This document shows positions 40,555 to 53,688 of a stretch of 64,000 bases of DNA, piece after piece (position 1 is the stretch's first letter; each line of letters opens with the position of its first letter). The translations under genes and the position numbers were made by a program. This DNA is from Octopus vulgaris (taxonomy: Eukaryota): assembly GCA_951406725.2 (NCBI GenBank), contig OX597818.1, positions 77,624,001 through 77,688,000 on the forward strand, written 5' to 3'. The notes beneath the pieces are model-generated. The model had not been told where the DNA came from, searched no databases, and saw only the letters and a program-made list of their open reading frames with translations.

Positions 40555-41125
40555 CCCTTTAGCATTTAAAACGGTCATATCCTGTCAAAATATTCTACCT
40601 GTTTTATGTTCAAACTGGCCACATTAAGGCTCTCTGACCTACCCTACAATATCATTGTAAAAATAAACAGTCACATCATTGAAATCTTGAAGCTACAAGA
40701 TAATGTACAATAACTTCAATGTGAACAAGAGCACTCAGAGAGTGCAAACCTCTACCAAGGTAACACCACTGTCCTCTCAATGATTAGCCAGAGATGATTT
40801 TCAAAATGAGAATATCTGAAATAAATGAGAATACTAACAATGAACTCGGCCACTCTCAAAAATTAAGTAAAAAAAAACTGGAAAAATAATCCAGAATCCT
40901 TGTCCAGTACTGGATTGATCCCAAAATTTAATCAGTTCATGTCAGTCATGAGGCCAAACATCTCTGAAAGTTTCATCCAAATCCATCCAGCGGTTCTTGA
41001 GATATCTTGTCTACAGACAAATGAACCAATTAACAAACATTACTGAAAACAATACCTCCACCTTCGCTAAGGTGGAGGTAATAAATAACCATTGCATTTG
41101 ACAGAATAATCTGAATGCTAAAGGG
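40555..41125. mobile_element. piggyBac-type MITE interrupted by a nested insertion
   Basis: TIRs ccctttagcatt / aatgctaaaggg with TCAA / TTAA flanks. Related fragments at 15810-15933, 47990-48060 and 48540-48690. Confidence 0.8.
40726..41080. mobile_element. Helentron/DINE-1-like non-autonomous element nested in the MITE
   Basis: Perfect 12-bp terminal hairpin tacctccacctt-cgct-aaggtggaggta, related sub-terminal motif acctctacc near the other end, and aagtttcatccaaatcc..cggttcttgagatatc core. Inserted at AA/TT without a clear TSD. Confidence 0.7.
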
Positions 41126-43562
41126 TTAATTATCCTTAAAATTAAAGGAAATTTGTGAGAAAAATTTCAGCAATTAAAATTTTAATAAGAAAATATATAA
41201 AAGTCAAAAATTTATCTAAGATACTAAGTATGAATTGTTTGCTTCACAATTTTCTGGTTTTAGGTTTAGTCCTATTGCATGACATTTTCGGCAAGTGTCT
41301 TCTATATTCCCAGGCTGACCAAAGCCTTTGAGAGTGGAAACTGAAAAGAAGCCAGTTTGTGTGTGTGTCTGTGTGTCTCTTTGTTTTGATACCTCATTGC
41401 TAATTTATTTCTTTATTGCCCACAAGGGGCTAAATATAAATGGGACAAACAAGGACAGACAAAGGAATAAAGTCGATTACATTGACCCCAGAGCATAATT
41501 GGTACCTATTTAATCAACCCTGAAAGCATGAAAGGCAGAGTCGACCTCGGTGGAATTTGAACTCAGAACGTAATGGCAAGCGAAATACCACTAAGCATTT
41601 TGCCCGGTGTGCTAACGTTTCTGCCAGCTTGCTGCCCTCTGTAAACATGAAGCACCTGCTTACATACAAGTGGGCTTGTTGTATTTTAACACGTCTGTGA
41701 AAAGATACAGACTAGGGGAAAGTACTATGTTGCTTTGAAACATGCATAAGTTGGTGACAAGGAGAGTATATGGCCATTGAAAATCTGCCTCAGTTAATTT
41801 TGTCTGATTTATTCAAGAATTGAAAATAGACATTAAGAAATGGTGTGGGTGGGGGATAACAAATAGAAAATAATGATACAGAAAGTAGATAATGATGATA
41901 ATAAAAAAAAAAATTCTCTTACCTATCACCTTAATCCCACTTATCTTAACAATAACCTTTTCTATAATCTTTAATGATTCATAACCTTCATGGTTAACAT
42001 ATCATTTGCACACACACACACACACACTGTAACATAAGATCCTGTCTCAAAAATGTTCTAGAAAAAGTAGTTCTTCCCTTTGTTTCATGTAGTATTAGTT
42101 TGAAGTACCATGTTTCATCGGGGGTCAGTTTCTATATATTTCATCAATAAACATTTGTTCTTGCCTTAATAATAATAATAATAATAATAATAGATTTGTT
42201 TGTTTTCATATCTGATTTTCCATGCTAGCATAGGTTAAATTAATAGGTTAAAGCTTTGTTTTATAGTTAGATAACTTTTCTGTTGTTAACCTTTAAATGT
42301 TCAGAGACATGCATACATACATATACACACAAACACATATACATATATGTGTATACACATGAACACAAAACTGCTTCTTTTTCTGTCTCCATGTACCAAA
42401 TCCATTCATAAGTCTTAGGTCAACCTGTGGCTACAGAAGACACTTCCCAAAGTACTATGCAGTGGGACAACCCAAAATTACATGTGTTTGGGAAGCTATC
42501 TTCTGAATCATTCAGTCAAACCTGTGAATTTAAAATCTGTTTTAATTATTTTATGATTCTAGCTAAGAAAAAAATAAAATAAAAAAAATTTATTTTCTGT
42601 TATTCTAAAAATCCTTAAATTCTGAAGCTAAAATGTTTATATTTTTTACGTTCTTACAGTCTGGAATGTCTTGAATTTTTATGTAACAGTTATGTATAAA
42701 ATGAAGAAATTTCTAATTGAGGATGTAATTAGCTTCTAAGGTTTTGAAATTAGGATTGTCTTTTCAAATTTGTCAATTATAAACAGCAAAAGAAAAAACA
42801 TTCCCATTTGTAAATATCCAAGTATTTAGTTACAAAATTACAATAAGAATTAATAATATTCACTAGAGCTTTGCATATTTTAAGAAAGAAAACAATTTTT
42901 ATGATTTTCATAAGGAAGTTAGGATTGTTAAAAAGAAGTCCATAACTGAAAGCTCTCCAATAACATAGATCTTTATATACATGGTTAGTTTCATGACCAT
43001 ATCTGCCAAAAAATAAATGTTCTGCTCTAAAGGTTAATGATTTATTGCTGTTCTTTTTGATGTTGAAAATAGGTTTTGCATTCATTTTTTTTTTTCTGTC
43101 CAATATTGCAACTATAAGGAATATGATTCTATAAATGCTTAATGTTTTTTCTACTCATTGTTACACCATTGTGGTCTTGTTTTATTAACTTAGAAGCATG
43201 ACAACTCAATATTGTTTCTTTTCTTTCAACACCATGCTTCCTCTCTGGCTCAGTTTCTTAAGTATTCAGAGAGGACTCTGAAACTAATTGGGAATTTATT
43301 AACATTACATTCTGATATGAATTCCTAAACTGACTAATTAACCTTTCAATTAATTTTTCTTTTCATTAGACAAAAAAACAAAAAAAAAAAAAACAACTAC
43401 AGAATAGTTATAAATTTTCATTGATGTTTTGTTTGTTTAAAGAAAACATATTTTACTTGGTTTATCATAACTCACTCCATAATTTCATTAACTACTTTGA
43501 AATAGCAATATGTTAGTCTTTTGCTTTATTATTCTGAACAATTACATTTCCTGTTTTACCAG

Positions 43563-43703
43563 CGCACATCTTTAACAGTTGGTTCACCTGACACAAGTGG
43601 TATTTTGGATTCACCGCATGCTAGTCCCAGTAATTCTCCAACACCTGTTCACCTGGCTGATATGAGCAGTTCAAATCCAGATGCTGACAGATGTGGAACT
43701 GAG
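43563..43703 (+). CDS. ARHGEF11/12: RhoGEF Ser/Pro-rich exon (RTSLTVGSPDTSGILDSP...DRCGTE), phase 0-0
   Basis: ttttaccag acceptor, GAG|gtacat donor, 141 nt open. Confidence 0.82.
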
Positions 43704-44460
43704 GTACATTGTCTTTTATAGATTTCTTATTTAGAAAACTCAAGTTTGTTACTTTTGGCTTGTAATGTGTGTACATGTGTATGAGAGAGATATAGGCTAG
43801 CAAACAGCATGTTAATACTGACACTAATGAACGCCCAGACAGTGCCACATAAAAGTGTCCATGTGGTGCCATGTAGAAGCACCCAGCACACTCTGTAGAG
43901 TGATTGGCATTAGGAAGAGCATCCAGCCGTAGAAACCATGCCAAATGAAACTGGAGTCTGGTACAGCCCTCTCCCTCCACTCAGCTTGCCAGCTCTGGTC
44001 ACACAGTCCAACCCTTGCCAGCATGGACAATGGATGTTAAATGATGATGAGAGATGCGTGCACACACACACACACACACACTGAGAAAAAACTATATATA
44101 GGAAGTATCTGGTACAGTGTGTAAGTGAAAAAGCTGTGTTGCTATGGTTGTGTGATGTATATGGAGGATGATTGTTGGAATAAAGAAGTGCCAATCAGTC
44201 AAAGTGAAAAAAGATGACTGAGGAAGATGGCAGGGAAGAACTGGTAAAGGCTGCTCTCTGGATGTTGAATTGTACAAAGAAAATAATGGCCAGGGACCAT
44301 AATGAGTGGCAACACAGTCCTGGAGAAGGCCTCTCAAACTCATACTAGCTTGGGAAAACAAGACACAAAATGATGATCATATCAAAGTTTTAATAACTTC
44401 ATATGTCTATGTTTGTTTGTCTTTGTTTTGTTTTTATTGTCATGATTTATTTCTTTTTAG

Positions 44461-44526
44461 GACGGAGGCACAGCAGCAATAATGACCATGGAAGAAGACG
44501 ATGATGATGAAGTGCCTACTGATGAG
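44461..44526 (+). CDS. ARHGEF11/12: RhoGEF acidic exon preceding the RGS-like domain (DGGTAAIMTMEEDDDDEVPTDE)
   Basis: tttttag acceptor, GAG|gtgcag donor, 66 nt; corresponds to the IIGxEDED-type acidic motif of RGS-RhoGEFs. Confidence 0.85.
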
Positions 44527-45024
44527 GTGCAGTTTACATTTATTATTAGATTGACTATAAATTATCTCCTCTTCCCACCAAAGGCAGTCATTAGAAATAT
44601 ATCAATACTTTTGATTTCATGAAATGGCAGAATTAAAGAAAAAAAGGGGAGAAAAAAAAAATCACCTTTCATAACTTGATAGATTCAGCCATAAATGTCC
44701 ATACTTATTATTTTCATTAAGCTCTGCTGTATTGACCTGCTGATTTATAACAACAATACTGTCTCCTCAACACTTCCACACATCCATTCTCTCCCACCTT
44801 CCTCTATTTCCTCCTCACCTCTTCATCCCCTCCTGCCCACTTTTCTCTTGCAAACATGTCCATGTTTATTCACTGCTCCTATATCATTTATTTCTCATTC
44901 ACTATTGGAAAATATATTGATGTGTTTAAATAATTGGGTAGTTGTATTATAGCAATGTTTATACTGAAGACAAATCAATAACACCAGCTCATTATATGTC
45001 TCTCTCTCTCTCCCTCTCTCCTAG

Positions 45025-45132
45025 GCCGAAAATCGTTTGCCATTTGGTAATTTTGAAGAAGTAGAGAAGCGGAATGCTTACCTTTCTATATTGCTGCACT
45101 ATCTTATTTCTAATGATGACCCCTCAGCACTG
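45025..45132 (+). CDS. ARHGEF11/12: RGS-like domain exon (AENRLPFGNFEEVEKRNAYLSILLHYLISNDDPSAL)
   Basis: (CT)n-ctag acceptor, gtaagt donor, 108 nt; matches the F..L..L..RPAHL..FL..V....DP..L pattern. Confidence 0.93.
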
Positions 45133-45679
45133 GTAAGTTAGATTGTCACGTTGTACCTAAAACTACTTGCTGATATCAATTTATGTTCTAGTCTTTGTAA
45201 CTCAGCATTTTGTAAGGAGTTGTTTTACTTCACATCAAAGCTATAATTACACTCACATACACACACAAAGAAATGTCCTTTTTCTTGTTTATTACAGGTA
45301 GATTGTTTTCTTCATGATATATGAGTTGTTTGATTCTGGCCTATCACAAATGTTGATTCTTAATACATAATGTGAATGATGTTTAATTAATATTGTTTTA
45401 TGAGAGCTCTTCCAGATTAGCTCTGAAGAGCTGGTCAATTTGTGTTAATCTGACTGTGATCCTCACTGCTTAATTCAAGATCAAACAGAACTGCTCAACT
45501 TATGGGATGAACAAAGCTGGTTGGCTTCAGCATTGACTTGTATATCCCTGTATGAACAACTCAACTTAAGAAGTGAACAAAGCTAGTTGACTATAGTACT
45601 TAATTTTTGGTTTAGAAGAATTAGATTAATTTCTTGAGAATGTCCCACACCTGCAGAAACTTCAACATGCTTTACTTGA

Positions 45680-45773
45680 GGCTAGTCAAAGGCTTCAGGC
45701 TGGTAAAAGACTTCAAGTTGGTCAAAGGCATCAGGCTGGTCAAAGGCATCAAGCTGGTCAAAGGCTTCAGGCT
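45680..45773. repeat. 18-bp tandem repeat x5 (rgctggtcaaaggcwtca)
   Basis: Units start at 45680, 45698, 45716, 45734 and 45752. Confidence 0.9.
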
Positions 45774-46611
45774 ATAGCCTTTGTCATGCAGTATTTTGTA
45801 ATAAGGGCATATCACAACTGCTTTGCTGTTTGACTTATGATTCCTGTATTGGCTTCTGCAGGTATAGAATTCTTAAAGCTAAGCTGCATCACCAAAAGTA
45901 GGAGTTAGATAATTGTTGCTTTAAACATAGTTTGAGATGATGAAACTAAAATGTTACTGAAGTGTAAAGGATAAAGAGACAAAAACAAAATACCCCAGAA
46001 ACCTTCATCATGTCTTTTAGCTTGTTCTCTCTTTTCAGAGTGTAAAATAAATTAAAATGGAAAGAATTACATTTTATTGGTGGTGATAGGTAAAGCATAA
46101 TATATTGACATTTTCATTATAAGAATTTCAAGCGGGCATGGCTTTGAAGTTAAGAATCTCACATTGCAACTATGTGTGTAGTTTCAAGTTCAGTCTCATT
46201 GCACGGTACCTTGGGCAAGTATCTTCTACTATAGCCCTGGGCTGACCAAGGCCCTGTGAGTAAATTTGTCAGACAGTAACTGTGTGGGAGCCTGTTGTGT
46301 GTGTGTGTGTATGCTTGTCATACCTCCTCACCACTCCTTGACAACTGGTATTGGTTTGTTTATGTCCTTGTAACTTAGCAGTTCAACAAAAGAGACCAAT
46401 AGAGAGAGAAATACATAGGCGCTAGGGTCGATTTATTTGACTAAAACCTTTCAATGTGGTGCCTTAGCATGGCCACAGTCTTTATGACTGAAACAAGTAA
46501 AAGACAAAAAAATGCATACTTCTATTATTAAAAAAGTTAATTCATTGCTAATGTTTTTATATTTATATGTTTTTTGTGTTAATTAATTTCTTTTTCTTTT
46601 CTGTTTTTCAG

Positions 46612-46716
46612 TTTTTCTATATAATATCTGATATTTACTCATCAGCTAATGGAAGTAGTAAAGAATTAAGAAAATGGGCTTACGAAATATATTCCACATT
46701 TTTAATTCAAAATGCT
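46612..46716 (+). CDS. ARHGEF11/12: RGS-like domain exon (FFYIISDIYSSANGSSKELRKWAYEIYSTFLIQNA)
   Basis: tttttcag acceptor, gtaagt donor, 105 nt; KELRKWAYEIYSTFL is typical of invertebrate RhoGEF2. Confidence 0.94.
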
Positions 46717-47373
46717 GTAAGTAGAAAATAATCTTCTATACTTTTTTCCTCTATCTTTACAACCATAAATCCTTTTCCAGCTGCCAAATTAGTTGTGTTG
46801 TCAGCACATTGGACAGAGTATTTTGTTGAATTTGTTCAAAGATTTTCTACACTTTGAGTTCAAATCCCACTTAGGTCTGCAGCACTTTCCATCCTTTTGA
46901 GGTCAGTAATGAAAAAGAATTACTGTTCAAAGATGGTAGATTGCTGGAACTGGGTGACTTGCAGTATTTGTTTGTTGTTTTTTTTTTTTGTTTTGAATTC
47001 TGTCATAACCTAATGGATGGTAGTTCAAAATCTTATCCTATTTGTATTGTAAACTTGGTAGATTTAGTCTGTCACCTGATTTAATACAACCCCCTTGTGT
47101 CTTGGTTATCTTTAAGAGGAGGAGTTCAGTTTGTTACAAGCCATTCGAGAAAGCTCTCTGATTTTTAGAATACCTTCCTCCTGCCAGTCTCCCTGTAAAG
47201 GGTCAGGATACTATTTTGTCTCGTAACTAAAAGATTAAAAAAAAAATTATTTTTCTATTCTTAAAATAAGTCTTCTACTATAGCCTTGGGCCAACCTAAG
47301 CCTTATGAGTAGACTTGGTGCATAAAAACTGAAAGAATCCATTTGTGTTTGTCCCCCACCACCCTTTAGACTT

Positions 47374-47964
47374 TGTTATCAAATCTACCTTTTAAACTTT
47401 TTGAATTTAGTGTGGTCACTAACTTATAGTATGAAAGTGTTCGTGGAAAAGTCCTGTGAGCAAGCTTTTGAGAAGCATGTATAACAATATCAGAAGGAAG
47501 TTTTTAAACAAATAATTTAGTTTATTAAATTATCACAAGAGCTAACAAGTAATAAGAGTGTAGCCTGGGTGTGTATGCATAAGTTAGGGAAAGCATTATA
47601 ACGTACGTTTAAAAAATAGATTCAATTGGAAGTCGTTATAAGCTAACCAAAATGGAGCTAGCTTAACCGAAAATATACTGTTCATTATGAGGCAGAGTTG
47701 TGGCTGATGTCATCCAGAATTTCATGGAACATAGTGGGCATCAATGAAATAGGCTGTTTGTGATGTAGCAAGCTGAGAGCAGCTAAAAAATTTAGAGCTA
47801 GTGGTGCAAAGTTGGTGTGAAAAGCAAGGAGTTGTTCCTGTTGTTGGTCCTCCATCTTTCGACTAACTGATTAAAATACATGCTTCACTTCATGAGCAGA
47901 AAACTGCCTCTTGTATTCATATGCACCCAGCCCTGATGGGCTGGAGAATGCCTATGATGTGACA
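47374..47964. mobile_element. Possible solo LTR (TG...CA) interrupting a SINE B copy
   Basis: Begins tgttat and ends gtgaca, flanks actt/acta, minus-strand AATAAA near 47521. Weak evidence. Confidence 0.3.
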
Positions 47965-48772
47965 ACTAAAATAGCTTTCCTGATATGCTACATGAATTTA
48001 GATTAATCTGTCAAATGTAATGCTTATATTCATTCACATTGTTTTGAATTAATCATGTTCCTTGAGTATTAACAAAATTTATTTCTAACTTTGTTGTCTT
48101 TTTGCATAGAGACCTGAAATTTTCTCAGTAGGTACTTAAATACCCAATGGTTTACAATTACACATTTTCAATAAAAAAACATGCATATGTATTGATATTT
48201 GACTGTATTGTATTATTTCTGAATGACATTCTGAAGATTTTTTGGGATGAAAACTGAGAAACATCTTTGTCTGATTCATCTGAAGACAAATTACTGTTTG
48301 TTTTTTTTTATTTATCTATTTTTATCAATCATCATCATCATCACTTATTTATTTATTTATTCATTCATTCATTCAACATTTTGTAAATCTTCAACTGTAA
48401 ATCTTTCCAAGTTAGCATTGCTATTTTCTGCAGCGATATCAGTAATTGCAAAAGAAGAAAAATCTTCACTTCAGATATTGAAAAACACCTTATGCTGTTG
48501 AAAATTTCACAGTATTGTGGGCAGAAATGATTTTATCTTGCATTATCGTTTATCTTCGAGATTACGATATGATTGTTTAGCTTTAAAATGACATTGTAGA
48601 GTAGGTTTGGAAGGCTGGATTTGGCCAGTTGAAACATAAAACAGGTAGAATATTTGGGTTTGACATGACTAATTTAAATGCTTAAGTGTTTAACACTGGT
48701 TGTCTATATGATATATCTGATGTAGAAAATGAAATTATAATATTAAATATCGATATCTATTTAATATTTCAG

Positions 48773-48941
48773 CCATTAAAAGTAACGATTGATGAGAATT
48801 TAGTGAAAATAATTGATGACGTTTTAAACAGTAAAACTGACAAAGAGGAAAATCTTCGCTCTTTATTCCATGATGCAAAACATGATGTTCGTAGTGCTGT
48901 AAACTTGATGCTCAATGACTTTAGGAACAAACAAAAGTTAG
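48773..48941 (+). CDS. ARHGEF11/12: RGS-like domain exon (PLKVTIDENLV...NDFRNKQKL-G), phase 0-1
   Basis: tttcag acceptor, G|gtgagt donor, 169 nt; DFRxKxxLGL motif. Confidence 0.94.
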
Positions 48942-49665
48942 GTGAGTACTTCTTCCATTTTAATGGGTCTTTTGTTGTTATATATATAATAATAAAAAAA
49001 ACACTTAACCCTTTTGTTACACATTTCTCTTGAAATACACTGCTTTTTAATTTTGAAAATAATTAAGAATTTAGTAAGATAACTTTGCCCTTATTAAGCC
49101 TGTGTTTGAAACATAAATCAACATGAAATTTTGATAGAAGTTTTAACTGGGATCACTGTAAAACAGGGTATTTGGACCATAGGAATAGAGCAATCAAAAA
49201 GATACAGTGGAAACAAACTTTAAGCCACATGGTTCTGAAGTAGGCATTTTAACCATGTGACCATACTCAGAGAGAGAAAGAGAGACAACAGGCTTCCACA
49301 CTATTTCCATTTACCAAATACCTCTTTAAAGGGACTGAACCTGAGGTTATTAAAAAAGACACTTGCCCAGGATACAGTACAGTGGGATCAGTTCCAGAAC
49401 CACATACTTGCAAAGCAAACTTCTTCACTACACAGTCATACCTATGTTTACACATATGTAGATTCAGTGTGGTTGACATTATGGCAGACCTATCCTAAAT
49501 TATTTTTTCTAATTACTTATATATCAGTAGATATTAATTTCTGAACCAATAACATATGTAAATATGACTATTAAATATCCTCAAAAAATATGTTTGCATT
49601 ATTGAACTTAGCACAATTGAATATTGACACATATATATATATATATATACATACACATACATACA

Positions 49666-50084
49666 TAGGTAGTCATTGACTTACGATCACAATTGGTTCC
49701 GGCAGTTGGTTGTAAGTTGACCTATAGGCCTACATAGCTTTGTTTTATATTTTTCATTCTTAAGGTAAATTCTCAGGTAAAAGTTGCACACAGCATTCTG
49801 TATTATACTACAACTGTGTTATTTGTTCATAAAAAAAGTAACAAAGAATGCAAATACAAGAAATACACAATGTAGTGTAAGAAACTTGCAAAACTTAAAT
49901 AAAAATGTATTGTAGACTGGTGCTTGGCTGTGGATCTTTGATTTCGCTTGTTAGCTGACGTTAAAAAATTAAACCTATTAGATTTCAACTGGACTATTTA
50001 TTATTGCTGCCGGGAGCTGGCATGCCACTCGTCATAAAATTGATTGGTTTTAAGTCAGATAGGTCGTAAGTTAACAACGACCTG
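49666..50084. mobile_element. Tigger/pogo-type MITE
   Basis: 23-bp imperfect TIRs taggtagtcattgacttacgatc / ggtcgtaagttaacaacgacctg (17/23 complementary), inserted in TA-rich repeat. Confidence 0.75.
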
Positions 50085-51235
50085 TATATATATGTATACA
50101 GGATGGTGAGATAATTGTGTTTTGTGATTGTTATATTAAAATTATAATATTAATAATAATGTATCAACTCTTATGTAAAATAACTGTATTTAAAATAACC
50201 ATAAGCATACCTTGCAAGCAAGTATGCCTTGGTAACATGTACCATCATCATCATTCAATGTCCACCTTCCATACTGCCATGGGTTGGACAGTTTGACAGG
50301 AGTTGGCCAGGCAGGAGCCTGCACCAGACTTCTGTGCTTGTTTTAGCAGGGTTTTTTATGGCTGGATGCCCTTCCTAACACCAACCACCTGGCAGAGTGG
50401 ATTATACTTTTGCTAATTGGTTTTGGTGTGTAGTTGCAAGCAGACATAGACATCTTCTTAGGCTTTCATCCTAAACCCACAAATCATCAGGATATGACAG
50501 CTTGAGTGAGAGAGGAGTGAGCTGCACTAGCATTCAGCTGTTACTCATCTTCAGGTGAGTAGATTGAAGCAATATGAAATAAAGAGCTCAAGAACACACC
50601 TCACTGTCCAGTGCAGGAACTCAGCCTACATTGTTATGATTCAGAGCCACATGCTTTGAGTTACTAAGTATGAATATAACCCAGCTTTATTTTCTTTGTT
50701 ATATATTTCATGTAAAACCTGTGTCACCTGAAACTAGCATTGCATTTATCTCACTCCCTTTGTAAGTTGTTACAAGTTTAGCTTTGTCTCTCCATACATG
50801 ATTGGGTTCAGGCTTGGTTATGGATCTCCTGACAGGTGTGACTATGACATAAATGACTACAGGTGTGACTATATCTCTTTATACATAAATGGATACAGGT
50901 GTGGCTTTGCATGATCTCAATTTCAAACCCACTGTCTGCTACCATGACCTTGGGTTGCCCAATGCCTTCTGAAGGAAATTTAATGAATAGAAACTGTAGA
51001 AACCCAATTCTTTTCTTGGGTAGTAGTAGCTTAATCCAGAGGCTAGGTGCTAGTTTAGATCACCACATGGTCTTTTGGTGCTTTCTAAACATTTAGACCA
51101 GGTTTCCAATTTGAAAATAACTCCTTCCTACCAGTCTCCAACTTCTGAATAAAAAATAAAAAATGCAGCACATATATGTAAACTCTCTATCTCATTGCAC
51201 TCCTTAGATCTCATTCTCACTTTTTTCTTCTTCAG

Positions 51236-51341
51236 GGCTTGGCAATTTTTATGGTGTTGATGAACTTGAACTCGACATGGATAAATCTCAAGAAATGAAG
51301 ATTATTGAGAATTATCTTGTACCACATTTAGAAAGTTTTAC
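51236..51341 (+). CDS. ARHGEF11/12: RGS-like domain exon (G-LGNFYGVDELELDMDKSQEMKIIENYLVPHLESF-T), phase 1-2
   Basis: cttcttcag acceptor, gtaagt donor, 106 nt; phases match both neighbours. Confidence 0.92.
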
Positions 51342-53636
51342 GTAAGTATTCATAGTAATGTAGCAAAGATCTATGAAATTTGTGTTACATAAAATAGCTT
51401 TCAAATATGAAACAAAATGGTATAAACTAATGCAAATGAGTCACTTTCATACCAGCAGTTTTATTAATTTTCTGTGAAAACATGTCTGGTTATGAGAAAA
51501 TATTACTTTGCTGAGAGACAGGTGATGGTTAATGATAGAAAGGGTATTCAGCTGTAGAAAATCTGCTTCATCTGACCCACGCAAGCATGGAAAAGTGGAT
51601 GTTGAAATGATGATGAAGTCATCCACTTCTTTAGTAATTTCGGTAAAAATCTTATCTAAGGGGCACTACCAATCCGTGCAGATATAATGTAAGAAAATTT
51701 AGATAAACAAACTACTACACTGTACTACCTACTGTTTGATTAAAATAATTTAGTAGGTTTTTTTTTTTGCAAAACATTTAAGGGGACCATATTTAAACCA
51801 CTGATCTAGACATGCTTAAAATGGATTGTGGAACTCTTTGTGGATTTTCCCCATATGCCTGAGTAGACCTATTATCAAAAGCCTTCCATCCATGACACTC
51901 TAATAATGTAATCACAGTTGGAGTTATTCTTTAAAATCAATATGGAAAAGCTATGAAAAAATAACTATAATTGTTTCCAAGTTTGGTACAAGGCCAGCAA
52001 TTTCAGGATTTAGGGTTCGTCAATTACATTGACTCCAGTATTTGACATCTCTGAAAGGATGAGAGGTAAAGTTGACCTTGGCATCATCTAAATTCAGAAC
52101 ATAAAGAGTTGGAAGAAATGCCTCTAAGCCTTTTTGCTTAATGTGCTAGTGATTCTGCCAGTTCACCACCTTAAATACATATAATTAAACAAAGGACTGT
52201 TTGAAGTGAATTAAACAGATATTAATTGTTAGACTTGTTGTCCAAATAATAGTGCCAAGATAAACAAAAAAAAAAAAACTTTCTATGAGTCTATAAATCA
52301 ATTTTTTTAGAAGTTTGTCAAGGTGAACGAAGCAGAAAATATTTATAGAAAAACACTCAGCTATCTAAAAATAATTGTGAGAGAGAGAGAGAGAATTAAT
52401 GCTTATTTCTTTGTTAATATATTGATAGATTCTTAGAGAGATGGTACTGGAATATTCAGTTGACTTCTTTGTTTATCAGTTTATCACTCATACTTGACTG
52501 ACTAATTTAACCTGTATCTAGCACCCTTCCCATCCCCCCTCTCTCTCTTTCTTCACATGTCCATTTGAAACTTTTATGAAGAAACGGATGACAATGACTT
52601 CAAAGTTTTGGTTTGCTTTCTTTTGGAAGACAGTTTGATGAAGGCAAGCAAGCCAGAACTTCAAAGTCACTGTTAGCCTTTTTCTAATGGAAGTTTAATA
52701 AGCATTTACTCTACTGAAAAGTATTCAGCAATTCTCCATTTAATATTAAATCATTTTATATATATCTTGACATAGAAACAACCATTAATATATATATGTG
52801 TGTATTTGTCTGTTTTACAACTATTGTTGCAAGCTAACACAAGGTAGACAAATGCCCTTTGTATCACTAACTCTTACCTATTTTTCATGGAAAGTGCAGG
52901 ACTACCAGCCTTTTTGCTAACCATGAAAAGACATCAAATAACACCAGTCATAGCTCAGTAACATTTTTTGTGTGATCATATTGCAAACATTCACACACAC
53001 ATATGCATGCACACATCTCACATACAGTAGAACACAAAATGTTTATAGTTTCACGCTCTGGTTACATTGGGAGAGGGAAACTAAAATAACAAATAGAGTA
53101 GGAGTGAGTGACAATCAGAGATGCTAAATGTAGGTGAACCCTAGTAAGAGCAGCTGGTATTCTAATCAAAATGAAACTGCAAACTTTTATCAAGTTATAT
53201 TTATCAGTTTCACACACGCACAAAATCAAGTATCAAAGTGTATAAGTTGATCTACCTTTTTTGGCTGTAAATTTTGGACTGAAAAATTCAACTGCCAGAA
53301 AATACAGTATTCACACACTTACGCACATAAATAGTTTCTTTCGATTCATTTTCTACCGAATCCACTCACAAAGCTTTTGGTCACCCCAGGGCTACAGTAG
53401 AAGCCACTTGCACTATGTTGCCATACAGTGGGATAGAGTTCCAAATCATACAGCTTTGAAGCTTTTATAAACACACACAGGCACGTGTGGCTGTATGATA
53501 AGAAGCTTGCTTCCCAACCACATGATTCTGAGTTCAGTCCCACTGCATGACACCTTGGATAAGTGTCTTCTATAGCCTCAGGCCGACCAAGGCCTTATGA
53601 GTGGATTTGGTAGATGGAAAATGAAAGAAGCCCATT

Positions 53637-53688
<52 letters not shown>

